Below are positions 20,541 to 28,661 of a stretch of 32,000 nucleotides of DNA, piece by piece (the first letter of the stretch is position 1; the number at the start of each line of letters is the position of its first letter). The translations under genes and the position numbers were made by a program. The notes below the pieces were generated by a model. That model saw only the letters and a program-made list of their open reading frames with translations. It ran no database searches and had not been told where the DNA came from. The stretch is taken from positions 750,001 through 782,000 of the forward strand of contig NZ_CP065936.1 of the NCBI RefSeq assembly GCF_003367075.2. The letters run 5' to 3'. This DNA comes from Cylindrospermopsis raciborskii Cr2010 (GTDB lineage Bacteria > Cyanobacteriota > Cyanobacteriia > Cyanobacteriales > Nostocaceae).

Positions 20541-21677
20541 TTAACTAATACGACAACCTGCACAAATAGTTGATATTAATCGTGGAACAATGCCATCATC
20601 ACAAACAGTAATAAAATCAGCTCGTTTGCCAACTTCTAAACTACCTCGATCATGAAATAAATCAATTGCTTGTGCAGGATTACTGGTAAATAGTTCCATA
20701 GACTGATATAGTGGTTTACCAGTCTTTTTGGCAATGATAAACATGGCTTGTAATAAACTTTGAGGTACATAATCTGAAGAAATTACATCCACCAGGTCTA
20801 ATAAGACCAAATCCATGGCCGACACATTTCCAGAATGAGAACCACCCAAAACCAGGTTAGGGGCACCCATTAAAACCTTTAATCCTAAACTGTGAGCTTT
20901 ACTTGCAGCTTCTACAGTAGTAGGAAACTCCGCTAAAACTACTCCATCTTCTACCGCTTCTTGCACATGTTCTACTGTAGCATCGTCATGACTAGCTAGG
21001 GCAATTTTCCTTCCCCTGGCTAACTCAACTAGAAAATCACGGTTCTTCTTGCTATATAACTTGTGTCTTTCTTGTCTTGTTGTGATAAACTCTTCCATTT
21101 CTTGTGCTGTTACTCCATGTTTACCCATGTAGTATTCTTTGAATTTTTCTAGTTTGATAAACTGTCGCTGTCCCGGTGTATGATCCATAAGGGATATCAT
21201 CAACAGCAAGGAGTTGTGAACATATTCCTCGGTAATTTGATAAACTTCTGGATAGGCTAATTCACAGCGTAAGTGAATATAATGGTCTACTAAAAATCTC
21301 TTATCTGCTTTCCCTTGGCAAAGGACATTGATCATCTGATCATAATTCTTTAAACGCGGTGATTTAGGATTAACATCACCAATGGCAATGGCATCACAAA
21401 CTGTGGTTACTCCTGCACTGGCTAAGTCCCGGTCATGATAGATAGCTGCTGCTTCTAAAGGCCAGCGAATTCCTGGACGAGGAGACATACATCTTTCTAA
21501 ATTGTCTGTATGTAGTTCAATCAACCCCGGTATGAGATATTTTCCTTCTCCGTTCTCTCCTTTATTTGTTATCCCCGGTTGAATATCAGCAATCTTGCCA
21601 TTGCGTACTATAAGAGTACCTAAAATCTCTTCATCAGGAAGTAATAACCGATAGTTGGTATAAATCTGCTCATTCAT
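20541..21677 (-). CDS. phnM: Alpha-D-ribose 1-methylphosphonate 5-triphosphate diphosphatase
   Basis: LIPGLIELHTDNLE, LMDHTPGQRQF, LASHDDAT, VLGGSHSGN, DYVPQSLL motifs. MNEQIYTNYRLLLPDE at 21677 is the likely start; the tool extends to 21761. Confidence 0.96.
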   Translation of the reverse strand: MNEQIYTNYRLLLPDEEILGTLIVRNGKIADIQPGITNKGENGEGKYLIPGLIELHTDNLERCMSPRPGIRWPLEAAAIYHDRDLASAGVTTVCDAIAIGDVNPKSPRLKNYDQMINVLCQGKADKRFLVDHYIHLRCELAYPEVYQITEEYVHNSLLLMISLMDHTPGQRQFIKLEKFKEYYMGKHGVTAQEMEEFITTRQERHKLYSKKNRDFLVELARGRKIALASHDDATVEHVQEAVEDGVVLAEFPTTVEAASKAHSLGLKVLMGAPNLVLGGSHSGNVSAMDLVLLDLVDVISSDYVPQSLLQAMFIIAKKTGKPLYQSMELFTSNPAQAIDLFHDRGSLEVGKRADFITVCDDGIVPRLISTICAGCRIS

Positions 21678-22413
21678 GGACAAATAACTCCCTATCAAAA
21701 AGTTTTTTGGCTGTGTTTGTGTTGAGGTTTTGACCTTGATCCATGTTATGGAAAATGCCAATTAGGGCGCATCCTTTAATCTTGCGCTCTTCTAACAGTT
21801 CCATAACTATTTGGCAATTGTGAGTATCTAAGGCTGAAGTTGGTTCATCTAAAAGCAAAATAGGAAAGTTCACTACCAGTGCTCTAGCTATATTTACTCT
21901 CTGCTTTTCTCCTCCAGAAAATGTGGTGGGGGATAATTGCCATAAGCGTTCAGGTAAATGAAGACGATGAAATAATTCTTTTACCTTTGCTAAAGCTACC
22001 CTTCGTTCCTCCCCTAAATCTAATAACAGTTCCGCAGCTACTTCTATGGCGGGGACTCGGGGAATAACCCGCAAAAACTGACTGACATATCCAATGGTTT
22101 TTTGCCTCACTGCTAAAAGTTCATGGGGAGCAAGTTGACATAGATCAATCCAACTCCCTTCGTGTTTAACCCAAACCTCTCCATTGTTAGGTCTGTAATT
22201 ACCATATATACATCTGATTAAAGTGGATTTACCAGAACCAGATGCACCAGATAGGACTAGGGATTCACCCTGATTTAATTGAAAGGAAACTCCCTTGATT
22301 ACTGGTAAACTAACCCCTCCCTGTTGGTGAAGGATAAAGCTTTTGCTCAAATTGGCAACTTGTAAAATGGTTTCCGGAGATCGATAATTCATTGATGGGG
22401 TGTAAATACTCAT
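21670..22413 (-). CDS. phnL: C-P lyase system ABC-like ATPase
   Basis: Walker A GASGSGKSTLIR, FSGGEKQRVNIARAL; between phnK and phnM. Confidence 0.95.
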   Translation of the reverse strand: MSIYTPSMNYRSPETILQVANLSKSFILHQQGGVSLPVIKGVSFQLNQGESLVLSGASGSGKSTLIRCIYGNYRPNNGEVWVKHEGSWIDLCQLAPHELLAVRQKTIGYVSQFLRVIPRVPAIEVAAELLLDLGEERRVALAKVKELFHRLHLPERLWQLSPTTFSGGEKQRVNIARALVVNFPILLLDEPTSALDTHNCQIVMELLEERKIKGCALIGIFHNMDQGQNLNTNTAKKLFDRELFVHE

Positions 22414-23189
22414 GGTGTAAGAGCAGCACTCACTAATAGTTGGGTGTAGGGATGTTGAGGGTCATCTAACACTTGATCTGTTAATCCTGACTCCACTACT
22501 TTTCCTTGTTGCATTACTAGCAACCGATGAGCTAGTAGTCTGACTACCCCAATGTCATGAGTCACTAAAATTACACTCAGATTAAAATTCCTAACGAGCG
22601 ATCGCAGCAGATCTAGCAATCGAGCTTGGACCGAAACATCCAGTCCACCAGTTGGCTCATCCATAAGAATCAACCGTGGTCTAGTTACTAACACCCTAGC
22701 CAATTGTAATCTTTGCTGCATACCACCTGAAAAAGTGGTGGGTAGATCATCCAAACGATCTGGATCAATCTCCACTTCTTGTAACCAGCGAATCGCTTCC
22801 TGACGAATTTGACCATAATTACGCATGCCAATATCCAACAGTCTTTCACCAATATTAGCTCCAGCACTTACCTGCATACGCAAACCATCCCTAGGATTTT
22901 GCTGAACAAAACCCCACTCAGTACGCATTAACCATCGGCGCTCATATTCCCCCAGTTCCCGAATTTTTAAATACCGCTCCTGACGATTTTTATAAATTAT
23001 ACTACCCTCATCCACCGTAATATAACGAGCGATCGCCCTGAGCAAAGTAGATTTACCAGAGCCCGACTCTCCCACAATGCCCAGAACCTGTCCCGGATAA
23101 AGATCAAAAGAAACACCATCACAAGCAGGAATCACCCCGAAGGATTTACTAAGATGGTCTACCTGTAATATAGGTTGTATGGATTGCAT
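22410..23189 (-). CDS. phnK: C-P lyase system ABC-like ATPase
   Basis: GESGSGKSTLLRAI, WGFVQQNPRDGLRM, FSGGMQQRLQLARVLVTRPRL; 4-nt overlap with phnL. Confidence 0.96.
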   Translation of the reverse strand: MQSIQPILQVDHLSKSFGVIPACDGVSFDLYPGQVLGIVGESGSGKSTLLRAIARYITVDEGSIIYKNRQERYLKIRELGEYERRWLMRTEWGFVQQNPRDGLRMQVSAGANIGERLLDIGMRNYGQIRQEAIRWLQEVEIDPDRLDDLPTTFSGGMQQRLQLARVLVTRPRLILMDEPTGGLDVSVQARLLDLLRSLVRNFNLSVILVTHDIGVVRLLAHRLLVMQQGKVVESGLTDQVLDDPQHPYTQLLVSAALTP

Positions 23190-23195
23190 ACCCGA

Positions 23196-24056
23196 TTATT
23201 TTTTCCTCCGTTGCTGCTGACAGTAATCCGTATCCGAACAGATCCACATTCTGCCTCCACGATCATCAACAAGTACCTCATCCAGAAAACTTTCCGTAGA
23301 ACCACATAACTCACAAGCATGGTTCCAACGCTCCACCCCGAAAGGGTAATCCTCAAAATCAAGACTTTTTACCCTAGAGTAAGGAGGCACAGCATAAATG
23401 CGCTTCTCTCGACCTGCTCCAAATAATTGAAGTGCGGGATTAAGATGCATTTTAGGATTATCAAAGCGTGGTATGGGGCTAGGACTCATTAGATAGCGGT
23501 CTTCCACGATTACAGGATAATCATATCCAGTAGCAATATAACCATATCTAGTAATATCCTCATAAAGCTTTATATAGATTGGTCCATACTCTTGCAAAGC
23601 GTGCATCTTACGACTTTCCACAGTAGAAGGTTCCAACCAGCGTAAAGGTTCAGGAATAGGAACTTGATAAACCAGAATCTGTCCTTCGCGTAGGGGGGTT
23701 TCCGGGATACGATGACGAGTTTGAATTAAAGTAGCTCGTCCAGTTTCCTCCGTAGTTTCCACAGCACAAACCTTGCGGAAAAAGCGGCGAATATTTACAG
23801 CATTAGTGGTGTCATCTGCTCCCTGGTCAATCACCTTTAGAACATCATTTTGACCAATAATCGCCGCTGTAACTTGAATTCCCCCAGTTCCCCATCCGTA
23901 AGACATAGGCATTTCTCTAGAAGAGAAAGGGATTTGATGTCCTGGAATAGCTACTGCTTTGAGCAGAGCCCGACGAATGGAACGTTTAGTTTGTTCATCA
24001 AGGTAGGCAAAGTTAAAACCTGAATTAAAATGTGGGTGTTTAGTTGATACTGACAT
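23196..24056 (-). CDS. phnJ: Carbon-phosphorus lyase catalytic subunit (radical SAM)
   Basis: FAYLDEQTKRSIRRALLKAVAIPGHQIPFSSREMPM..GWGTGG and CELCGSTESFLDEV...SDTDYCQ match PhnJ. Confidence 0.98.
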   Translation of the reverse strand: MSVSTKHPHFNSGFNFAYLDEQTKRSIRRALLKAVAIPGHQIPFSSREMPMSYGWGTGGIQVTAAIIGQNDVLKVIDQGADDTTNAVNIRRFFRKVCAVETTEETGRATLIQTRHRIPETPLREGQILVYQVPIPEPLRWLEPSTVESRKMHALQEYGPIYIKLYEDITRYGYIATGYDYPVIVEDRYLMSPSPIPRFDNPKMHLNPALQLFGAGREKRIYAVPPYSRVKSLDFEDYPFGVERWNHACELCGSTESFLDEVLVDDRGGRMWICSDTDYCQQQRRKK

Positions 24057-25135
24057 TATGGGGATAAATCCTGTGATTTTTGTCGCATTTGACGAATTAG
24101 ATTCAATTCCGCCTGAAAATCGATGTAGTGGGGTAATTTTAGATGCTGGACAAACCCTTGGGCTTCCACATTATCAGAATGGGAAAGAACAAACTCAATG
24201 TTTTGAGCTGGACTATCTACGGACTCCCCCAATTCACTGGCCCGCATTGCTCTGTCTACCAAAGCCATAGACATAGCTTTACGTTCATTGTATCCAAAGG
24301 TAAGTCCATAACCACGGGTAAATTGGGGAGGTACGTGTTTACTTCCCTTAAATTGATTCACCATCTGCACTTCCGTAATAGTAATGTCAGTAACAGAAAT
24401 TTCAAAACCCAATTCCTCCGGAAATATAATTACCTCCACCTCTCCCATCCGAATTTCCCCTGCGAAGGGATGATTCTTACCGTAACCGCGCTGAGTAGAG
24501 TATGCTAGGGAAAGTAAAAACCCCTCATCCGCTCGTGCTAGATTTTGTAGTCTTGCATCCCTGTTCGCTGGAAAATTCAAAGGTTGACGAGTTAAATCAA
24601 AAGGTACTTGTGGTTGGGTTGCTCTTGGTTCGGACTGAATTAATCCCTCTTTGTCCAAAGTCTCCATAACTAGGGGAAAAGACTCTTGACTAACACTAGT
24701 TTCTGATGGTGGAGGAACTTGATTTTCTGCCAAAAGTTTAAAATCTAATAGCCGATGGATGTAATCAAAAGTGGGTCCTAAATTTTGTCCTCCGGGAATA
24801 TCCTTAAAGATAGAAGAAATTCGTCTTTCAATTTGCATTACGCCAGTGTTTAAGGGTTGGGTGTAGTAGAAACGAGGTAGGGTAGTCCGATAGGCCCTAA
24901 CTAAAAAAATTGCCTCCACTAGGTCGCCCCAAGATTGTTTGATAGCCAGTGCAGCCAATTCCCGGTCATATAAACTACCTTCACACATTACCCGCTCCAC
25001 AGCCAAAGTCAACTGTTGTTCAATTTGCTCACTCCTAATTTCAGTAACATTTATGTCACCCCGCCGTCTGCTGTGCAGTAATTTTTCCGCATTTTCAATC
25101 GCCTGCTCGCCACCTTTAACCGCAACGTATGGCAT
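24056..25135 (-). CDS. phnI: Carbon-phosphorus lyase complex subunit
   Basis: MPYVAVKGGEQAIENAEKLL, GYGKNHPFAGEIRMGEVE and ERKAMSMALVDRA..ASE motifs typical of PhnI. Confidence 0.97.
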   Translation of the reverse strand: MPYVAVKGGEQAIENAEKLLHSRRRGDINVTEIRSEQIEQQLTLAVERVMCEGSLYDRELAALAIKQSWGDLVEAIFLVRAYRTTLPRFYYTQPLNTGVMQIERRISSIFKDIPGGQNLGPTFDYIHRLLDFKLLAENQVPPPSETSVSQESFPLVMETLDKEGLIQSEPRATQPQVPFDLTRQPLNFPANRDARLQNLARADEGFLLSLAYSTQRGYGKNHPFAGEIRMGEVEVIIFPEELGFEISVTDITITEVQMVNQFKGSKHVPPQFTRGYGLTFGYNERKAMSMALVDRAMRASELGESVDSPAQNIEFVLSHSDNVEAQGFVQHLKLPHYIDFQAELNLIRQMRQKSQDLSP

Positions 25136-25189
25136 ATTTTTCCTCCAGTTTCGATTGGTTTAATTGGATTACTCTTACTTTAGTTTTGC

Positions 25190-25663
25190 TTATCCCTCTC
25201 CCCTAACCATAGTAAAAAAGTTGACTTTAGTAGCAGCAGTTTGTCGTTGTTTCCTGTCTTGTTGTTTAGCTAATGATTGTTGGATGGGTAAAATCACAGT
25301 GGTTTGAACCTGATCATGCCATAGAGTGGTTTGCAGCAAAGCATCACACAAAGCTGCCAATTCCGCATGACGTTGGGAACGCCCCCCAATATAACCAAAT
25401 CCACTGATGGGCAAACCATCCACCATATCTTCTAACTGAACCACGCAACGAGTCATGGTCATATCTCCCAGGTTAAAAGCTTCACCTGTGGCCCCAGCAC
25501 GTGCTTGAACCATCACCAAACCAATTTCTGGATTGCGCAAGAAAGTATAATTAGGTAGTTCATGGAAGTTGCTGACCAGAGATTCTATTAAATCTTCTAA
25601 TTGTTGTAATTCAGCCCTAGCTAGGGTTGACATCCAACCTTGTCTTTCCGGAATAGTAAACAT
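25190..25663 (-). CDS. phnG: Phosphonate C-P lyase system protein PhnG
   Basis: RQGWMSTLARAE, RNPEIGLVMVQARAGATGEAFNLGDMTMTRCVVQL, GYIGGRSQRHAELAALCDAL. Confidence 0.95.
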   Translation of the reverse strand: MFTIPERQGWMSTLARAELQQLEDLIESLVSNFHELPNYTFLRNPEIGLVMVQARAGATGEAFNLGDMTMTRCVVQLEDMVDGLPISGFGYIGGRSQRHAELAALCDALLQTTLWHDQVQTTVILPIQQSLAKQQDRKQRQTAATKVNFFTMVRGEG

Positions 25664-25697
25664 ACTTAGATATTCCCTCTTATTTTGCCAACAATTA

Positions 25698-26234
25698 TCA
25701 CCGGGATATTAATTCCACAAAATAGCTCAACTCTGGTGTAGAAAGGTGAGGAACCTTAGCCTGATCATCATAAATTCTTAGTTTTACTGCATCTTGAGCC
25801 AAAGGTTGGCGAATAAACTCTTCTGCTTCTTGAGGAGAAAAAATGCCTCCTTGCAGTTGTAAACTGCGTTGGGAAGCAGGGGAAAGACCTTGCCAATATT
25901 GGGAATCAACCGCACAAAGATAACGTTTAGCCACAACATGTAATCTAATGGGTTCTGTTACCTCTAGACTAAAAATTTGACCAAGAAAGGGAATAGCCCG
26001 ATATTCGTGTTTATCATCTACACCTTGTGCAGCAGGATCATCTCCTAAATTATGAATTAAATGTCCTAAATCGTGAAGCAAACAGGCGGTAATTAACTCC
26101 CTAGTCTCACCAGCTTGCAGAGCTAAATTAGCAGTTTGGAGTGCATGTTCTAACTGGGTAACTGCTTCTGCTCCGTACATTTTTGACCCTTTGTGGTCGA
26201 ATAAATGACAAATTTCGTCAATGGTAAATTTCAT
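25698..26234 (-). CDS. Phosphonate-operon HD-domain protein (PhnZ-like mixed-valent di-iron oxygenase family)
   Basis: YG...VTQLEHALQTANLA, LLHDLGHLIHN, DDKHEYRA, HVVAKRYLCAVDSQYWQGLSPAS: HD ligands and the KRYLC region of the phosphonate-associated HDIG family. Confidence 0.85.
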   Translation of the reverse strand: MKFTIDEICHLFDHKGSKMYGAEAVTQLEHALQTANLALQAGETRELITACLLHDLGHLIHNLGDDPAAQGVDDKHEYRAIPFLGQIFSLEVTEPIRLHVVAKRYLCAVDSQYWQGLSPASQRSLQLQGGIFSPQEAEEFIRQPLAQDAVKLRIYDDQAKVPHLSTPELSYFVELISR

Positions 26235-26304
26235 GGTTTTTTGAGAGGATAGTGGACAACTTGTTTTCCCAATACGTAAACAGATACAATAGCAGAGAGT
26301 AGAG

Positions 26305-26769
26305 CTATCTATGTTGTTTAATATCTGGTTGAACTACACAGTTAAAGCTCCAACCATGTTGTTCAAATCCTAATGACTGATAAAACCTATGAGCATTATC
26401 ACGCTTTAAGTTGGAAGATAAAGTAACCTTATAACAACCTGCTGCTGCACTCTGCTCCAGGGCAAATCTAACCATTTCTGTGCCAATCCCCTGACCTCTA
26501 AGAGAGGAGATAACTGTGACTGCATCCAATATGGCAAATCTATGATAACCAGGATGCATCATTGTCGGTACATACAGAAGACTAAATGTCCCCACTGGTT
26601 CATAGTCTAATTCCGCAAGGTAGATATGGTAATTGGGGATCTGACTAATTTCTGTGAAAATCTCTTGCACTCGATGGTCAGCTAGGGGAGCTTTTTGATC
26701 CATATCAGCATATAACTGATTTAATATTGACCAATCCTGAGAATCAGTTAGGCGAATTTTCAGTTTCAT
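26305..26769 (-). CDS. GNAT family N-acetyltransferase within the phn operon (PhnO-like)
   Basis: SSLRGQGIGTEMVRFALEQSAAAGCYKVTLSSNLKRDNAHRFYQSLGFEQHG; ATG at 26769 overlaps the phnH stop as ATGA. Confidence 0.85.
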   Translation of the reverse strand: MKLKIRLTDSQDWSILNQLYADMDQKAPLADHRVQEIFTEISQIPNYHIYLAELDYEPVGTFSLLYVPTMMHPGYHRFAILDAVTVISSLRGQGIGTEMVRFALEQSAAAGCYKVTLSSNLKRDNAHRFYQSLGFEQHGWSFNCVVQPDIKQHR

Positions 26770-27353
26770 GAGTGTTTTGCAGTTCTGGGTAGTCCCATTA
26801 CGGAATCTTCTGTAAATAGAAAAACATCTATTCCCAGAGGATAAAGCGGATAATTCTGTTCCCAGAATTCCCAAAAAGTGCTAGTAATGCTAGGTGCTAT
26901 GGTTTTAGGTGATAAATTTCCTGGACCTGTTAAGGTGATAGATTTTCCGCCATTAAAACTTGCTATCTGTATCAGCAAGGTTGTGGAATCTTCCGGTTTT
27001 TCCGCTGTTCCTGGGTTAAAAACAGATAATTCCGCCATAGATGCCAAGTCTTGAATTAAGGCAAAGTCCGCTTGCTGTGGGTCTGGTGTTAGTTGACACC
27101 CAGTGTGAAACAACAACCAATTTCTCACTGAGGAAGAGAATGTGGGTTGTATCCACAGTTTGACATCTAAATCCAACAGAGTCAGACAAGCTGCACCGCA
27201 AGCTGGCGTTAACCCCTGAGGGACTTTAATCTGGACATGGATTTTTTCAGGTTTTCCTGGTTGTGCATCAGCACATAGCAAAGCGCGAAATGTTTGCTGG
27301 GCATCATGGACAGGATCAGAAAACCCCGGTATTTGAGTAAGTATGTTTGACAT
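26766..27353 (-). CDS. phnH: Phosphonate C-P lyase system protein PhnH
   Basis: GFSDPVHDAQQTFRALLCADAQPGKP and PLGIDVFLF....GLPRT typical of PhnH. Confidence 0.93.
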   Translation of the reverse strand: MSNILTQIPGFSDPVHDAQQTFRALLCADAQPGKPEKIHVQIKVPQGLTPACGAACLTLLDLDVKLWIQPTFSSSVRNWLLFHTGCQLTPDPQQADFALIQDLASMAELSVFNPGTAEKPEDSTTLLIQIASFNGGKSITLTGPGNLSPKTIAPSITSTFWEFWEQNYPLYPLGIDVFLFTEDSVMGLPRTAKHS

Positions 27354-27370
27354 TCATGACAAGATTGTGT

Positions 27371-27389
27371 TTTAAACTATTTTTAACCT
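27371..27389 (+). promoter_or_regulatory. Candidate Pho box (SphR/PhoB-type) half-repeats with 11-nt periodicity
   Basis: TTTAAACT (27371) and TTTAACCT (27382) compared with the cyanobacterial consensus PyTTAAPyPy(T/A). Confidence 0.45.
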
Positions 27390-27390
27390 A

Positions 27391-27406
27391 TCTAGACATC
27401 TAGACA
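27391..27406. promoter_or_regulatory. Candidate PhnF (GntR/HutC-type) operator: tandem TCTAGACA x2
   Basis: Perfect 8-bp direct duplication, each containing palindromic TCTAGA, between divergent phnH and the GntR gene. Confidence 0.6.
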
Positions 27407-27458
27407 AAAGATAAATTAACAGATTTTTGAGTAAATAGCAATAGGATAGATATAAAAT

Positions 27459-28202
27459 ATGAGAGAAATTATTCCCATTTACAATCAGATTGCCCATCAA
27501 CTGCGGGAAAAGATTTTACAAGGGGTTTTTAGTGCAGGGGAACAACTACCTACCGAAACAAACTTAGCACAACAGTTTAGAGTAAATCGGCATACTATTA
27601 GACAAGCCATTGGTTTATTAAAAAATGAAGGATGGATAAGAGTAGAGAGGGGGAGAGGAACCTTTGTAGCTGCTAGGACAATTCGTTATCCTATTGGTAA
27701 GAGAGTGCGTTACACTCAAACTCTTAAAGCCCAGGGTTGGCAAGCTCAGTTTGAGTTATTACGTATTTTAGAGATATCAGCAGATATAGCAATATCCAAA
27801 GGGTTAGAAATTGGTTTTGGGGAGAGAGTAGCCCTCGTTGAACGTTTAGGTTTTGCTAATGACCAACCCATTAGTGTATGTAGTGGATATTTTCCATTAA
27901 AAAGGTTCCCAGACTTTTTTGAACCCAGCCATCTTCAGATTTTAGAGACAGAGAAATCCATATCAAGGTTTTTGTATCAGGTGTATGGATGTGACCATAT
28001 TCGACGCAGTACAGCTGTTTCTGCTCGGTTAGTGCAACCGCAAGATGCCATTTTGTTGCAACTCTCCGATAATCAACCTATTCTGTTGGCTGAGTCTGTG
28101 AATGTGGATCAAGGTGGTAATGTAATTGAATATGGGGTAACTCGATTCCGGGGCGATCGCATGGAGTTATTTTTTCAAAATGATTTAACTCAATATCATT
28201 AG
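27459..28202 (+). CDS. phnF: GntR family (HutC/FarR-type) regulator, PhnF-like
   Basis: N-terminal wHTH YNQIAHQLREKILQGVFSAGEQLPTETNLAQQFRVNRHTIRQAIGLLKNEGWIRVERGRGTFV with a UTRA-like C-terminal domain; divergent from phnH. Confidence 0.9.
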   Translation: MREIIPIYNQIAHQLREKILQGVFSAGEQLPTETNLAQQFRVNRHTIRQAIGLLKNEGWIRVERGRGTFVAARTIRYPIGKRVRYTQTLKAQGWQAQFELLRILEISADIAISKGLEIGFGERVALVERLGFANDQPISVCSGYFPLKRFPDFFEPSHLQILETEKSISRFLYQVYGCDHIRRSTAVSARLVQPQDAILLQLSDNQPILLAESVNVDQGGNVIEYGVTRFRGDRMELFFQNDLTQYH

Positions 28203-28235
28203 AATTACCCAACCGATTACTACTGAAGTCATTAA

Positions 28236-28491
28236 CTAGATAGTTTGGCAGAGCGCTTACGGGAAGAGCGAGTTAAAGCCATTATTCAACCCATGTTAGC
28301 TGGATTGGACTTACCAGATACCCCAGAGGATGATCGCCGTTTCTCGCTAGATTTAGGCTTGGTAAAGCGCATTCCCCTGGGCAGAATGACCTAATCCTAT
28401 TTACCAGGAAGTGATTCCTCGTGTTTTGTCCCAGGGTAGTCAGGACAGTCTAACCCAAATTCAACCCACTTGGTTAAACACTGACAAGTGA
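28236..28491 (+). pseudogene. Decayed C-terminal fragment of an AAA-like ATP-binding protein
   Basis: Frame 1: LDSLAERLREERVKAIIQPMLAGLDLPDTPEDDRRFSLDLGLVKRIPLGRMT*; shifted frame from 28393: NPIYQEVIPRVLSQGSQDSLTQIQPTWLNTDK*. Together they match the end of the cyanobacterial AAA-ATPase-like family, with a frameshift/deletion near 28390. Confidence 0.65.
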
Positions 28492-28661
28492 TTTTCGATC
28501 GCCGTCCCGGGTTACCACCCATGGGTGATTATCGTAATTCGTAGTTAGGGCGATCGCTAAGTAACTAAGTATAAAAAAGGCTTTGGGTGCTACTCCCAAT
28601 CTTGAACTCTTTCAAATTATCTGATGTTAGAGGGTTAGTGTCCCCTCTCCCCTGGTCCCCC

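Noticed and set aside
23159-25163. Short ORFs antisense to phnI/phnJ or overlapping phnK (24058..24270, 24143..24508, 24939..25163, 23159..23362)
   Set aside because: All overlap highly conserved phn genes; no independent support.
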